Assembly: GCA_043806035.1 (NCBI GenBank)
Contig: JAZDHK010000001.1
Span: 32,001-96,000, forward strand
Length of the DNA stretch: 64,000 nucleotides
Reading direction: 5' to 3'
Source: an archaeon
Lineage (GTDB): Archaea; Nanobdellota; Nanobdellia; Woesearchaeales; UBA9642
A model generated the notes under the pieces. It saw only the letters and a program-made list of their open reading frames with translations. It had not been told where the DNA came from and ran no database searches. Made by a program: the position numbers and the translations under genes. Positions within the stretch are counted from its first letter, which is position 1, and each line of letters opens with the position of its first letter. Shown piece by piece: positions 37,913 to 47,034 of the stretch.

Positions 37913-39234
37913 TCATGCACCTCCACATATCCTTTTTTGTACAGCTTTGTCAGGAATACATTGACGAAGTGTTCACGCAAATTATGCTTTATAATGATGT
38001 CCTGAACGTTACGTTGCTCTTGATTCTTCTCTTTATAAATTATTTGCAAAAGTGTGAATTCAGGCACGTCCAGCTGTACTGCAGTCCCTGGAAGTCCCTG
38101 TGCACGTATTTTGTACTTGCCATCAGGCAGTTCTTCAACATCAAGATCTTGTCTGATGAAGATGTCTCGCGCACTTAATGCCTCAACGTGCGGTCGCTTG
38201 TCAAGAGGATGTTTGAAGGGAATTCTCTTTTGGTAAATGCTGCCTTCAGCATGCATTCTGTCGACAGGGCAGCCGCCGCCGCAGCTCGGATATTCCACAC
38301 ACACCGTACATGCTTTGTCTAGAGGGAGGCTTCCTTTGTAGGTAAATAGCTTAGTGAGTATGTCATCGAAAGAATCGGTGAAGATGCTGCCGAAACTGCC
38401 GTCATTTATCATGGTGCAGAATCGCACGTCTCCGTCTAAGGTAACTACTGTATCGCTCTCTGGCGGCGTGCATCGGCTAGTGATAAAGAAATATTTTTGA
38501 GGATCTTTGATGAGACAGAGCGTATATGGTCGTACAGAGAATACACTCATGCCGTGCCGTTCATGCAATAGGAGCAGCTGGTCCATGACCTCAAGAATCT
38601 CTTTGGGCTGTAGTGCAAAGGCATTCTGCTCGTGTGACGTCGGTGTTATGGGAGAAGCGCCAAAGTTATTTACTCCACACTCTTTGTGCAGGAATTCTCC
38701 CGTCGTGTACACCTGGTTTTTGTTTTGTTGCACTGCTACCATGTTCACTTCTAATTTCAACGGCGATGCGACAATGTGAGGAAGGAGTGCAGTGAGCGCA
38801 GCGTATTCTTGTGCAGTCGCTCCCATGATGCTTGTGAAGGTTACGGGATCTGAAGACGCATAGGATGCAAGAATGGATTCTAACCCGGCATCCGCGAATG
38901 CAGAAATATCTTCTTGCGTGACGTGCTTTAAATTGGTATTGAGTGATGGCTTGAGATTGTTCTTTCTTGCTTCGCGTATGCCGAAGAGGAGCAATTCTTT
39001 TTGTAGTGTGGGCTCTCCTCCAGTATACGTCACTTCTTTAAAACCTATGCTGTGAAATCGTTCTAGAATTTTTCGCAAGTTCTCTTTTTTCGTCTCGAGT
39101 GATGTTAAAAGCATCCATTTCTGATAGGGAGTCAATTCCTTCCGTGGCGCATTGCGCTCAACATTGAAACAATAAATACATGCATTAGAACATTCTGGCG
39201 TAAGTTCTATCTTTGCAAGGTATGGTTTTAGCAT
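37909..39234 (-). CDS. Radical SAM/SPASM maturase with possible C-terminal RRE/wHTH
   Basis: CSNACIYC, YTGGEPTL, SPASM-type RC...DGDVRFC...CTVC...PSCGGGC; C-terminal FLTKLYKKGYV. Confidence 0.92.
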   Translation of the reverse strand: MLKPYLAKIELTPECSNACIYCFNVERNAPRKELTPYQKWMLLTSLETKKENLRKILERFHSIGFKEVTYTGGEPTLQKELLLFGIREARKNNLKPSLNTNLKHVTQEDISAFADAGLESILASYASSDPVTFTSIMGATAQEYAALTALLPHIVASPLKLEVNMVAVQQNKNQVYTTGEFLHKECGVNNFGASPITPTSHEQNAFALQPKEILEVMDQLLLLHERHGMSVFSVRPYTLCLIKDPQKYFFITSRCTPPESDTVVTLDGDVRFCTMINDGSFGSIFTDSFDDILTKLFTYKGSLPLDKACTVCVEYPSCGGGCPVDRMHAEGSIYQKRIPFKHPLDKRPHVEALSARDIFIRQDLDVEELPDGKYKIRAQGLPGTAVQLDVPEFTLLQIIYKEKNQEQRNVQDIIIKHNLREHFVNVFLTKLYKKGYVEVHE

Positions 39235-39337
39235 ACTTTCCACCAACGTCCCCCACCAAAGAGAGAAATACTCTGCATTATATAAACGTTGTGTGTTGTT
39301 TTAAAAGAAGAACAGAACATCCAGTGGAGATGACTCG

Positions 39338-39940
39338 TCAGTGTACGATATTGACATACGTTCCCAAAGGAACCTGCTCGTACAGGTCGATGATGTCCTT
39401 GTTGCTTGCACGTATACACCCGTCGGAGTGCGGCTGTCCCAACGACCATTCAAGATTCGTGCCGTGAATGTAAATGCCTCTTTTTGCCGTTCCTTCGTTC
39501 TGTTCTTCCACACCGCAAATTTGTAGAAGCCTGGTGATGACTACGGGCTTTGCTTTGTTTTTCTCTGTGTAGACAGGAACTGATTCGTCACAGAGCTTGG
39601 CCTTCCTGAGCACGCGTCCTACCGATGCATCATCTCCTGCTTTGGTGCAGATCATGTGAATGCCAGGAGGTGTTTTGTGACTGGCGACGCCATTACCGAT
39701 CCCGTTTCTGCCCGTCGAGACCTGCACTTCTTTGTCGATAATGATGCTGTCCTGTTCTGCATGGACGAGATACAATTTTTGTTCCTTGCCAAGGATGATG
39801 ATTGCAGGATCGCCTTCAGGTATGGAAACTGCTGCATCGATGGTTGTATACGCTGCCTTGATGCGAGCATAGGCTGTTTCTTGTCCTGACAGCTTTCCTG
39901 GATAGAGCATGAGTGCAGCAAGGAGCAGTTCACGAAGCAT
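39338..39940 (-). CDS. L,D-transpeptidase (YkuD) family protein
   Basis: VSTG, KTPPG, RGIYIHGT...GQPHSDGCIR...DIIDLY. Confidence 0.9.
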   Translation of the reverse strand: MLRELLLAALMLYPGKLSGQETAYARIKAAYTTIDAAVSIPEGDPAIIILGKEQKLYLVHAEQDSIIIDKEVQVSTGRNGIGNGVASHKTPPGIHMICTKAGDDASVGRVLRKAKLCDESVPVYTEKNKAKPVVITRLLQICGVEEQNEGTAKRGIYIHGTNLEWSLGQPHSDGCIRASNKDIIDLYEQVPLGTYVNIVH

Positions 39941-40086
39941 GCGTGCATGAACTGCTTTCTCCTTTTAAATTTGTTGCTCTCTCTTTTTTGCTTGTCTGTG
40001 TTTTGTCGGCAATCTCTCATGACTGCTTATAGCAAGGTTTAAATATCACTCTGCGATAACAACAAACAGAGGTGAGGGGGGATGGT

Positions 40087-41175
40087 GTGGAGGATTTGCA
40101 TAGCGCCTACGTGCTCCTGATTAAGGCAAAATCTCCCGAAGACATTTTCGGGACGCTCGCAGAAAAAAACGATCAGGAAAAGAAGGATGCGCTTAAAGAC
40201 CGTTATCGTGATTTAGCCATGCGTGTGCATCCAGACAGGTATGCCAAGGATCCAAAAAGCCTTCACGAAGCGGAAGAGGCAATCAAAGCACTCAACGACC
40301 TGCATGCCTGGGCCGAACAGGCGATCGATGCAGGCACGTACGGAACGAGACAACGACCTCCTTCCCCTAACAATGTCATCGCAACGTTCGAGCATAACGG
40401 CGATCTCTATCGCCTCTTCTCTAACAGCATAGAAGGTGATTTCGGCATCATTTCATTCGGAGAACGCATCCGCAACGGTGACGTTGAAGACATCTGCCTC
40501 AAGACGGCAAAAGAACAAGAAGACAATGATTTGCTGAAAAACGAACAGCGCATCCTCAAAGAAATCCAGCACAAATCACTGCCTCTCTATCTCGATGCCA
40601 TCCTCCTCGAAGATGGAACTCCCGCAACGGTGCTGCGAAAGATAAGCAACAGCTATGACCTCCTGACGGTCAAGGAGCACTTCCCGCAAGGACTGCCCCA
40701 AGAGCATGCCGTGTGGGTGCTTGATAGGTTGCTGAGCGTTCTTGGATACTTGCACATCAACAATACCATCCACGGGGCAATAGAGCCAGGCAACATCATG
40801 ATCACGCCGTACAACCATAATGGTTTGCTTATCGACTACTTGCTTGCCGTCCCTGACGCGCACACAGCTGGTGCAGCCTACAAAGGGCTGAACGAGTACA
40901 GCGCACCAGAACTCACGAAACGAGCACGGCCACATCCCGCAGCAGACATGTACGCTCTGGGAAAAACAATGGTGTTCTTGCTCGGCGGGCAAGACACCGA
41001 CCTGCCAGACCAGGTTAATCCGCACATTCAATCGTTCATCAAAAAATTCCTAGTCAAAGATCCTGCGCGACGAGAAAGTGATGCGTGGCAGGCATGGCAT
41101 GAACTCAAAAATCTCAGGCAAGAGGTTTTCGGAGCGCCAAGCCAATTTTTGACATTAACTATAGGAGGGAGATAA
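40087..41175 (+). CDS. J-domain plus protein-kinase-like fusion
   Basis: YRDLAMRVHPD J-domain; CLK, NEQRIL, HGAIEPGNI, LIDY, YSAPE, ADMYALG. Confidence 0.85.
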   Translation: MEDLHSAYVLLIKAKSPEDIFGTLAEKNDQEKKDALKDRYRDLAMRVHPDRYAKDPKSLHEAEEAIKALNDLHAWAEQAIDAGTYGTRQRPPSPNNVIATFEHNGDLYRLFSNSIEGDFGIISFGERIRNGDVEDICLKTAKEQEDNDLLKNEQRILKEIQHKSLPLYLDAILLEDGTPATVLRKISNSYDLLTVKEHFPQGLPQEHAVWVLDRLLSVLGYLHINNTIHGAIEPGNIMITPYNHNGLLIDYLLAVPDAHTAGAAYKGLNEYSAPELTKRARPHPAADMYALGKTMVFLLGGQDTDLPDQVNPHIQSFIKKFLVKDPARRESDAWQAWHELKNLRQEVFGAPSQFLTLTIGGR

Positions 41176-42149
41176 TGGGTGGATCGAGCTATGATCGGGA
41201 CGTTGGCAGATCGTCATCGTCAGGAAGTTTTTGCAGAGGCAGCACATCGAGCAATACGGCAAAGTCAGCAATGAGCAGCAGCACGGCAACAAAAGACACA
41301 GATCCGAAGTTCAAGCGGGTTGAGTCAAAGAAAAAAAGCCCCATCGTCTTTGCCTTGGACGTTACGGGCTCGAACATAGAGTTTGCGCGCATCGTGTACG
41401 ACAAAGCGCCGATGCTGCACGGCCAGATCGAGAAGCAAGGCTACCTGAAAGACTTTGACATCTGCTTTGCCGCAGTCGGTGATGCATACAGTGACCATTA
41501 TCCCTTGCAAGTGTGCGACTTCAAGCACGGCATCGCTCTCGATGAACAGCTGAAGAAACTTTACTTGGAAGGAAACGGCGGGGGCCAGCAGACTGAGTCT
41601 TATGAAGTTGCAGCCCACTATTTCAGCGAGCGATGCTCCATGCCGAATGCGGAGATGCCGTTCTTTTTCTTCATCGGCGATGAAGCACCATACCCTTCAC
41701 TTGATGCGGCTATTGCTAAGAAGACATTAGGCTTGAATTTGAAGCAGGACATCCCTTCAAAAGAAGTCTTTGACAGCCTGTTCGAGAAGTTCAAGAACAA
41801 CGTGTACTTCCTGCAGAACCCCTATTGTGGTAGGAGGTCTGAAGATGGCTACACGAGAAGCATCCGTACTGCATGGCAGACCTTCTTTAACCCATATGTG
41901 CAAAACATCCTTCCCGTGCATGAAGAGAAAGCAGTTATCGATATTATCTTGGGGGCTATCGCCATAACTTCCAAGAGCAGAGATCTCGAAGCATACTTGA
42001 AGGATATGCAGGACAGGGAACAGACGGCAAAACGCATAGCTACCGTTGGCAAAAGTCTCACTGACTTAAGCAAGGCACTGGTTCCTGTCTCGCACGCAAA
42101 GCCCACAGTAGCGAAAAGCAAGAAGAATAGTGGAGGCAAGAGGTTCTGA
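41175..42149 (+). CDS. vWA-like domain protein
   Basis: MGGSSY N-terminus, ALDVTGS MIDAS-like motif, AVGDA, LYLEGNGGGQ..ESY, FFIGDE. Confidence 0.8.
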   Translation: MGGSSYDRDVGRSSSSGSFCRGSTSSNTAKSAMSSSTATKDTDPKFKRVESKKKSPIVFALDVTGSNIEFARIVYDKAPMLHGQIEKQGYLKDFDICFAAVGDAYSDHYPLQVCDFKHGIALDEQLKKLYLEGNGGGQQTESYEVAAHYFSERCSMPNAEMPFFFFIGDEAPYPSLDAAIAKKTLGLNLKQDIPSKEVFDSLFEKFKNNVYFLQNPYCGRRSEDGYTRSIRTAWQTFFNPYVQNILPVHEEKAVIDIILGAIAITSKSRDLEAYLKDMQDREQTAKRIATVGKSLTDLSKALVPVSHAKPTVAKSKKNSGGKRF

Positions 42150-43063
42150 TGCTCATAGCAACCCTTCCTTCAGCAAGCAAGACGAGCCTCATCGAGAGGA
42201 TGTATAGTCATCCTCTCCTTGACGGTGCGCGATACAATGTGGGCATGCGTGAAACGCATTCAACGGAGGAAATCGTGCAGCATCTGAAAGAAATTGCTGA
42301 GCAGCACAAGAAGAAACTCTGGATGGATCTCAAAGGCAGGCAATTGCGCATCACCAAATGGGCAGACCCCACGTACGGGGATATTGAGCTAAGCCACGAA
42401 ATTGCTGTCGACCTTCCCGCAACCATCGTCTTCAGGGGCAGCGACCAATCACGTATCGTCAGCATCGCAGAGAACAGGATTGTCGTCGATCCCGACCCAA
42501 AATACGCGCTCGGCGCGGGACAGGCAGTGAACATCCTTGGCAAGAATTTTTCTATCAAGGGCAGCTATCTTACCGAGCATGACAAGCACTTCATCCTCGC
42601 GGCAAAGAAAGAAGGCATCCATGACTACATGCTTTCCTTCGTCGAACGCAACGAGGACATTGCTGAAGTACTTGCGTTGGACCCTGAAGCGCGGTGCGTG
42701 CTGAAGATAGAAAGCCTACCGGGACTTGCGTATGTTAGGGAAAAGTACACATTTGCTGATGGTCAGCTCATGGCAGCCAGAGATGATCTGCTCGTGCACA
42801 TCGGCGAGAACAAATCAGCAATGCTTCCCGCACTCGACCTCATCATCCGCAAGGATCCTGAGGCGATTGCAGCATCGCAACTCTTCACGTCACTATTGGA
42901 AGGAAGATTGTCCATGCCTGACGTTGCGGACGTCAAGCTCTTGCACGAAATGAGATACAAGCACTTCATGCTGAGCGATGAAGTCTCCCACAAATGCTTT
43001 ACTGAAGCAATGACTGCCTGGCAGGACTTCCAGAACGTCTATGCAAAGGTCCACCATGACTGA
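42149..43063 (+). CDS. Pyruvate-kinase-like protein (barrel and B domain only)
   Basis: LIATLP, GARYN, WMDLKGRQLRI, MLSFVE, LKIES..G, MAARDDL, FMLSDE. Confidence 0.75.
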   Translation: MLIATLPSASKTSLIERMYSHPLLDGARYNVGMRETHSTEEIVQHLKEIAEQHKKKLWMDLKGRQLRITKWADPTYGDIELSHEIAVDLPATIVFRGSDQSRIVSIAENRIVVDPDPKYALGAGQAVNILGKNFSIKGSYLTEHDKHFILAAKKEGIHDYMLSFVERNEDIAEVLALDPEARCVLKIESLPGLAYVREKYTFADGQLMAARDDLLVHIGENKSAMLPALDLIIRKDPEAIAASQLFTSLLEGRLSMPDVADVKLLHEMRYKHFMLSDEVSHKCFTEAMTAWQDFQNVYAKVHHD

Positions 43064-44339
43064 CGCATACGTCGTTGTAGGTCTGGGCTTTGGCGATGAG
43101 GGTAAAGGCAGTGTTGTTGATTATCTTGCTGCAGAGCACAGTGCGGGATGCGTCGTGCGGTATAACGGCGGCCCGCAGGCAGCACACCATGTCATGCATG
43201 AAGGGAAGGTACATTGCTTCAGCCAGTTCGGGTCTGGGACGTTTGCAGGATCAAAAACTCACCTCTCGCAATACATGCTCGTCGAGCCCTTCGCGCTATT
43301 AGTAGAGGAAGAAGCACTACGCACGTTCAAAATCCCTTTTGATCTTCCTTCCTTGCACTCTGACTGTGCCATCATCACACCGTTCCAAAAATTGGCGGGA
43401 CGGATGCGAGAACTCCTTCACCGATACAGTAGTTGCGGACTTGGCGTCGGAGAAGCTGTCAAGGACAAGGCAAACGGCATTGTCCTGCATGCAAAAGATC
43501 TTTTTGATGAAGCACTACTCCGGCACCAACTCACCTACATTCGTCAAGTAAAACTTGACCAGGCAGAGCAGCTTCTTGAAGAAAAAAACACGCTGGCCGT
43601 TGCTACAGAACTCAACAAAACATACGCGAGCATGAGAACGCTCTCACTTGACGAGCTCACGCGGCAGTATCAAGCATTCGCTGCTCGTGCAACTCTTTGC
43701 GATGCAATTCCCGACGACACGTTAATCTTCGAGGGAGCGCAAGGTGTGCTGCTCGACAGAACACACGGCTTTCCACCCTTTGTAACGAAAATGACGACCA
43801 CTGCTGACCTTGCAAAGCGTTTGTCAACGAAGGAACAGATACGCATCGGCGTTTTGCGTGCCTACCTAACGAGACACGGCAACGGTCCTTTCCCGACAGA
43901 AGACGCAACACTTGGAGAATGCATTCCTGATTTGCATAATGGCACACACCCCTGGCAAGGCACGTTCAGGATAGGCTGGCCTGACTTGGTACTGTTCCGT
44001 TACGCGCAGCAACTCGCCAAGGTAGATGTCCTTGCACTAACCAATATCGACCGCCTGCCAGAGAAGATACGTGTGTGCAACGCCTATGTGTATTCGGGAA
44101 AGGAAAGCCTTGCAGGATACATGGAAGGAGAGAAGCAAGGCGGGAGCATGATTATCCATACACTCCTTCCGCAGCCGGAAACGAGAAGGCAAGAGCAGCT
44201 CACGAAATTACTGTTCCAGTGTGAACCGGTATATACCTCGCTTTCTGTCGACGACTATCTTGCGCAGCTCGACCAGCTATGCCCAATTAGCATCATCTCG
44301 ACAGGACCTGAACGAAAAGACAAATGTAGGTATGCATAG
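43056..44339 (+). CDS. Divergent adenylosuccinate synthetase family protein
   Basis: GLGFGDEGKG, RYNGGPQAAH, IFEGAQGVLLD..HGF.PFVT, RAYLTRHGNGPFPTE, ISTGP. Confidence 0.9.
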   Translation: MTDAYVVVGLGFGDEGKGSVVDYLAAEHSAGCVVRYNGGPQAAHHVMHEGKVHCFSQFGSGTFAGSKTHLSQYMLVEPFALLVEEEALRTFKIPFDLPSLHSDCAIITPFQKLAGRMRELLHRYSSCGLGVGEAVKDKANGIVLHAKDLFDEALLRHQLTYIRQVKLDQAEQLLEEKNTLAVATELNKTYASMRTLSLDELTRQYQAFAARATLCDAIPDDTLIFEGAQGVLLDRTHGFPPFVTKMTTTADLAKRLSTKEQIRIGVLRAYLTRHGNGPFPTEDATLGECIPDLHNGTHPWQGTFRIGWPDLVLFRYAQQLAKVDVLALTNIDRLPEKIRVCNAYVYSGKESLAGYMEGEKQGGSMIIHTLLPQPETRRQEQLTKLLFQCEPVYTSLSVDDYLAQLDQLCPISIISTGPERKDKCRYA

Positions 44340-44389
44340 CCCCGCCCGGGGGCTGAGGGTACCGCCTATCTGAAGGGACTCGATAATTG

Positions 44390-45127
44390 CTATTTATCCG
44401 TTTTGTGAGATTTCTGCCAAAGCTGATCGAAGATTTGTCGCATGACGTTGCTGAATTCTACATCTTGGACTATGACACCGTGAGGATCCGTGTAGTTGAC
44501 GAAACCCACTTTGTCATGATAGATGAAGGTGGAACTATCGATGAACGCTGTTCCTGGCAAGGTGCGTACTTCTGAATTGGTCGCTTTGTCGCTCTTCGCA
44601 AATGCCTTCTCTGAAGGCACATCGGAGAGCAAGGTGCGAGAGAAGACCTTGTTTTCTTTTTTCTTGCGATAGTAAATGGAGATGTATGGCTGGGAGAATT
44701 CGAGCCACTTTTGACCGCCTCCTAGGATGCGGATGTCCTCGTTCGGCTTAGCTATGATGTCGTTGTGGACGACCTCTATTGCGCGTCTACCTTCATAGAA
44801 TTCGACGTTCCTAGCGGGCTGTTGCATCATGGTGAGCTTGTTGAGTTCTGGGATAATGAGTGCGAGCCGGTCTCGTTTCTGCTCCATGAGATTGAGAAGA
44901 TCTTGGGGCTGCAAGGCTTGGAACGTTTTCTCTCCTTTTCGTTGGGTTTTGGACACTAGGCCCTTGCTCATGAGTGAGTCGAGGATGCTGTAGACGGTGG
45001 TCCTGATGATGCCTGTTCTCTGAGCAATTTCTTTGACGGTGCTGCCTTCTTTCTTGAGGCATTCGAGGAAGACGGTGACCTCGCTGTCGTACAAACCGAG
45101 CTCCTGTAGGGCGCTGAAGTCATTCAT
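44390..45127 (-). CDS. TrmB family transcriptional regulator
   Basis: LQELGL...VKEIAQRTGIIRTTVYSILDSLMSKGLV; VEFYEG; IYHDKV. Confidence 0.9.
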   Translation of the reverse strand: MNDFSALQELGLYDSEVTVFLECLKKEGSTVKEIAQRTGIIRTTVYSILDSLMSKGLVSKTQRKGEKTFQALQPQDLLNLMEQKRDRLALIIPELNKLTMMQQPARNVEFYEGRRAIEVVHNDIIAKPNEDIRILGGGQKWLEFSQPYISIYYRKKKENKVFSRTLLSDVPSEKAFAKSDKATNSEVRTLPGTAFIDSSTFIYHDKVGFVNYTDPHGVIVQDVEFSNVMRQIFDQLWQKSHKTDK

Positions 45128-45230
45128 GGCGTTTTCTAGGGGCATCCCTTTATATATTTGACGAAAATCGACGAATAATATTTATATATTTTAACTACTA
45201 TTAAGTATTAACAAAAAGAGGTGATTCAAA

Positions 45231-46157
45231 ATGACTGCATACGAAACGATGAAATCAAGATTGCAGAACACAGTATCGTACTTGATGACTAAGCAGGAAA
45301 GTTCAATTACATACGACCAGAAACGTGTCGAAGAGCAACGCACTAGACTAAAAAGGTCTATTCATGAGGGTATTTTGCCTTTGCCTTCAATAGGTGCCGC
45401 TCTTGAACTACGTAGAAATAAGAATGTGATGTCAGAAGACGTGCGGTATAAGGAACAGCTTGAAGGTTTGCTGCATGATATCGCCGCTGCAAGCACAGAA
45501 GAGGAACTGCGTGCCAAGATACAGAGTGGCACTCCCGCTCTGAAAGAGTATCAGTCTAGAACGCTGGAAAGAAGTGTGCAACTCTATACGGAATTCGTAC
45601 CGCGGTTGGAACGTATGACTGACGAAGAAATTGTCAATTCAGATGAAGTCAAGTTCCTGAGTACTAATGGCGGTGGCAACAAGCTGTCATACGATGAGCA
45701 TGAAACTGCCAGGTTTGAAGCACTGCATCCGGAAATTTCCGGCTTAGTGATGAGAAAACTGGGGGAGATTTACTTGCGTGATGCAAAAAGAGAGAAAAGA
45801 ACGGCAACAAGCCTCATGTACATGTTACCGAAAGGTAAATGCAGACCAGGTTGGGGTGCAGTGGAAGATCCTTACCCGTCAACAGTTGCAAGTGATGCTC
45901 TGAATGCGATAAAAAGTATCGGAAAGACACTAGGATTTGATACTACCAACGTTTATGCAGCTGCAGGAATGAACAGCGAAGAGGTCGAACAATTAGAGCG
46001 AAAAGACGCAGACCAAAGAAAACAATGGTTCGACAACTGTGTGGCAATGGGAATTAATCCTCACGAATTAAGAGAGCAGGAGTTCAGCCGTGAGCCAAAA
46101 ATGTCCACAAGAATCCTGCGCACGCTTTACGACACGAGACTCTTGGAGAAGCGTTAA
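45231..46157 (+). CDS. Hypothetical protein
   Basis: 308-aa ORF with strong SD GAGGTGA; no motif recognised. Confidence 0.75.
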   Translation: MTAYETMKSRLQNTVSYLMTKQESSITYDQKRVEEQRTRLKRSIHEGILPLPSIGAALELRRNKNVMSEDVRYKEQLEGLLHDIAAASTEEELRAKIQSGTPALKEYQSRTLERSVQLYTEFVPRLERMTDEEIVNSDEVKFLSTNGGGNKLSYDEHETARFEALHPEISGLVMRKLGEIYLRDAKREKRTATSLMYMLPKGKCRPGWGAVEDPYPSTVASDALNAIKSIGKTLGFDTTNVYAAAGMNSEEVEQLERKDADQRKQWFDNCVAMGINPHELREQEFSREPKMSTRILRTLYDTRLLEKR

Positions 46158-46396
46158 TTTTTTCTTTTTTTAACTTCATTCAGCGAAGTCTACCAAACCA
46201 TTCAACAAGTGATCACTCTCCTAGAAAAAGCCCTCACAGAAAGTTCGAGTACTCTCAGATAGGCGCTACCCCAATAGCCCCGCCCGGACTTCTATTTAAA
46301 CGAATCTAGGATTTCGATATGGAAAACAGCACGATAACCGAAAGGTATATATAATAATTATATCCGTTATAATGAATATAATCAGAGGTGATACCA

Positions 46397-46600
46397 ATGA
46401 ACACCACCATTGCTGTTTCAGAAGACATTCGAGATCAGATAAAGGAGTTCGGCATGAAAGGAGAAACCTACCAGGATATCCTTGCAAGGCTTTTGCGCAG
46501 CGCGAAAGAGCGACAATTACACGACATCCTCATGGACACCACAAATTGCATTCCTATAGAACAAGCGCTCGCAGAGGCAAGGAAAAAGTGGCCAAAGTAG
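46397..46600 (+). CDS. Putative antitoxin
   Basis: TTIAVSEDIRDQIKEFGMKGETYQDILARL; SD GAGGTGA; overlaps the downstream gene. Confidence 0.75.
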   Translation: MNTTIAVSEDIRDQIKEFGMKGETYQDILARLLRSAKERQLHDILMDTTNCIPIEQALAEARKKWPK

Positions 46601-46926
46601 TTATCACACCTCTGCTCAGAGATGAAATCGAGAAACGATTCAAAGCAGAAGCAGTCAAGATATTCTCACTGCTTGATTCTCTGCGAAATAATCCAAAAAA
46701 AGGACAAACCATCGGCGCGGTCGGCAACATCATCATCAAAGAACTCAAGTACAAAAAGTTCAGGTTCTATTTTCTGGCAGATCGCTACAAAATTGTCTTC
46801 CGCAAGATCGAGGAACTCAAAGATCTCCTCATAAAAGTAGTGCGCATGTCAGAGAAGAACAACCAGCAGAAAACGATTGACGAAATAAAAAATATTTTAC
46901 GAGCGCTTGGAGAAGCAGGATTCTAA
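46588..46926 (+). CDS. Putative RelE/ParE-like toxin
   Basis: Basic 112-aa protein KVVIT...LRNNPKKG...KELKYKKFRFYF; GTG start inside the antitoxin 3' end. Confidence 0.65.
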   Translation: MAKVVITPLLRDEIEKRFKAEAVKIFSLLDSLRNNPKKGQTIGAVGNIIIKELKYKKFRFYFLADRYKIVFRKIEELKDLLIKVVRMSEKNNQQKTIDEIKNILRALGEAGF

Positions 46927-47034
46927 AAATAGACCCTGCGATACAACGCAGTTATATAATGTCCCGTCCGGATATAGTACTGTAGGAGTGAGCTTGCACG
47001 CAAAGTTTTTAAATGCCTCTCTGCTCATCATCGT

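Larger units (their letters stand above)
44336..46287. mobile_element. Putative non-autonomous integrated cassette bounded by direct and inverted repeats
   Basis: ATAGCCCCGCCCGG at 44336-44349 and 46274-46287; 27-bp imperfect inverted repeats (23/27) at 44357-44383 and 46245-46271. Confidence 0.6.

Noticed and set aside
43056-44339. PurZ (2-aminoadenine DNA pathway)
   Set aside because: Retains the catalytic Asp in GDEGKG, whereas PurZ has GSTGKG; no dATPase or MazZ neighbours seen
46200-46300. tRNA gene at the CCGGGCGGGGCTA motif
   Set aside because: Only the 3' 13-14 nt resemble a tRNA; no T-loop, anticodon or D-arm upstream on the minus strand
46372-46587. N-terminal extension of the 184-aa ORF
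   Set aside because: Overlaps the antitoxin in another frame; the toxin more plausibly starts at GTG 46588
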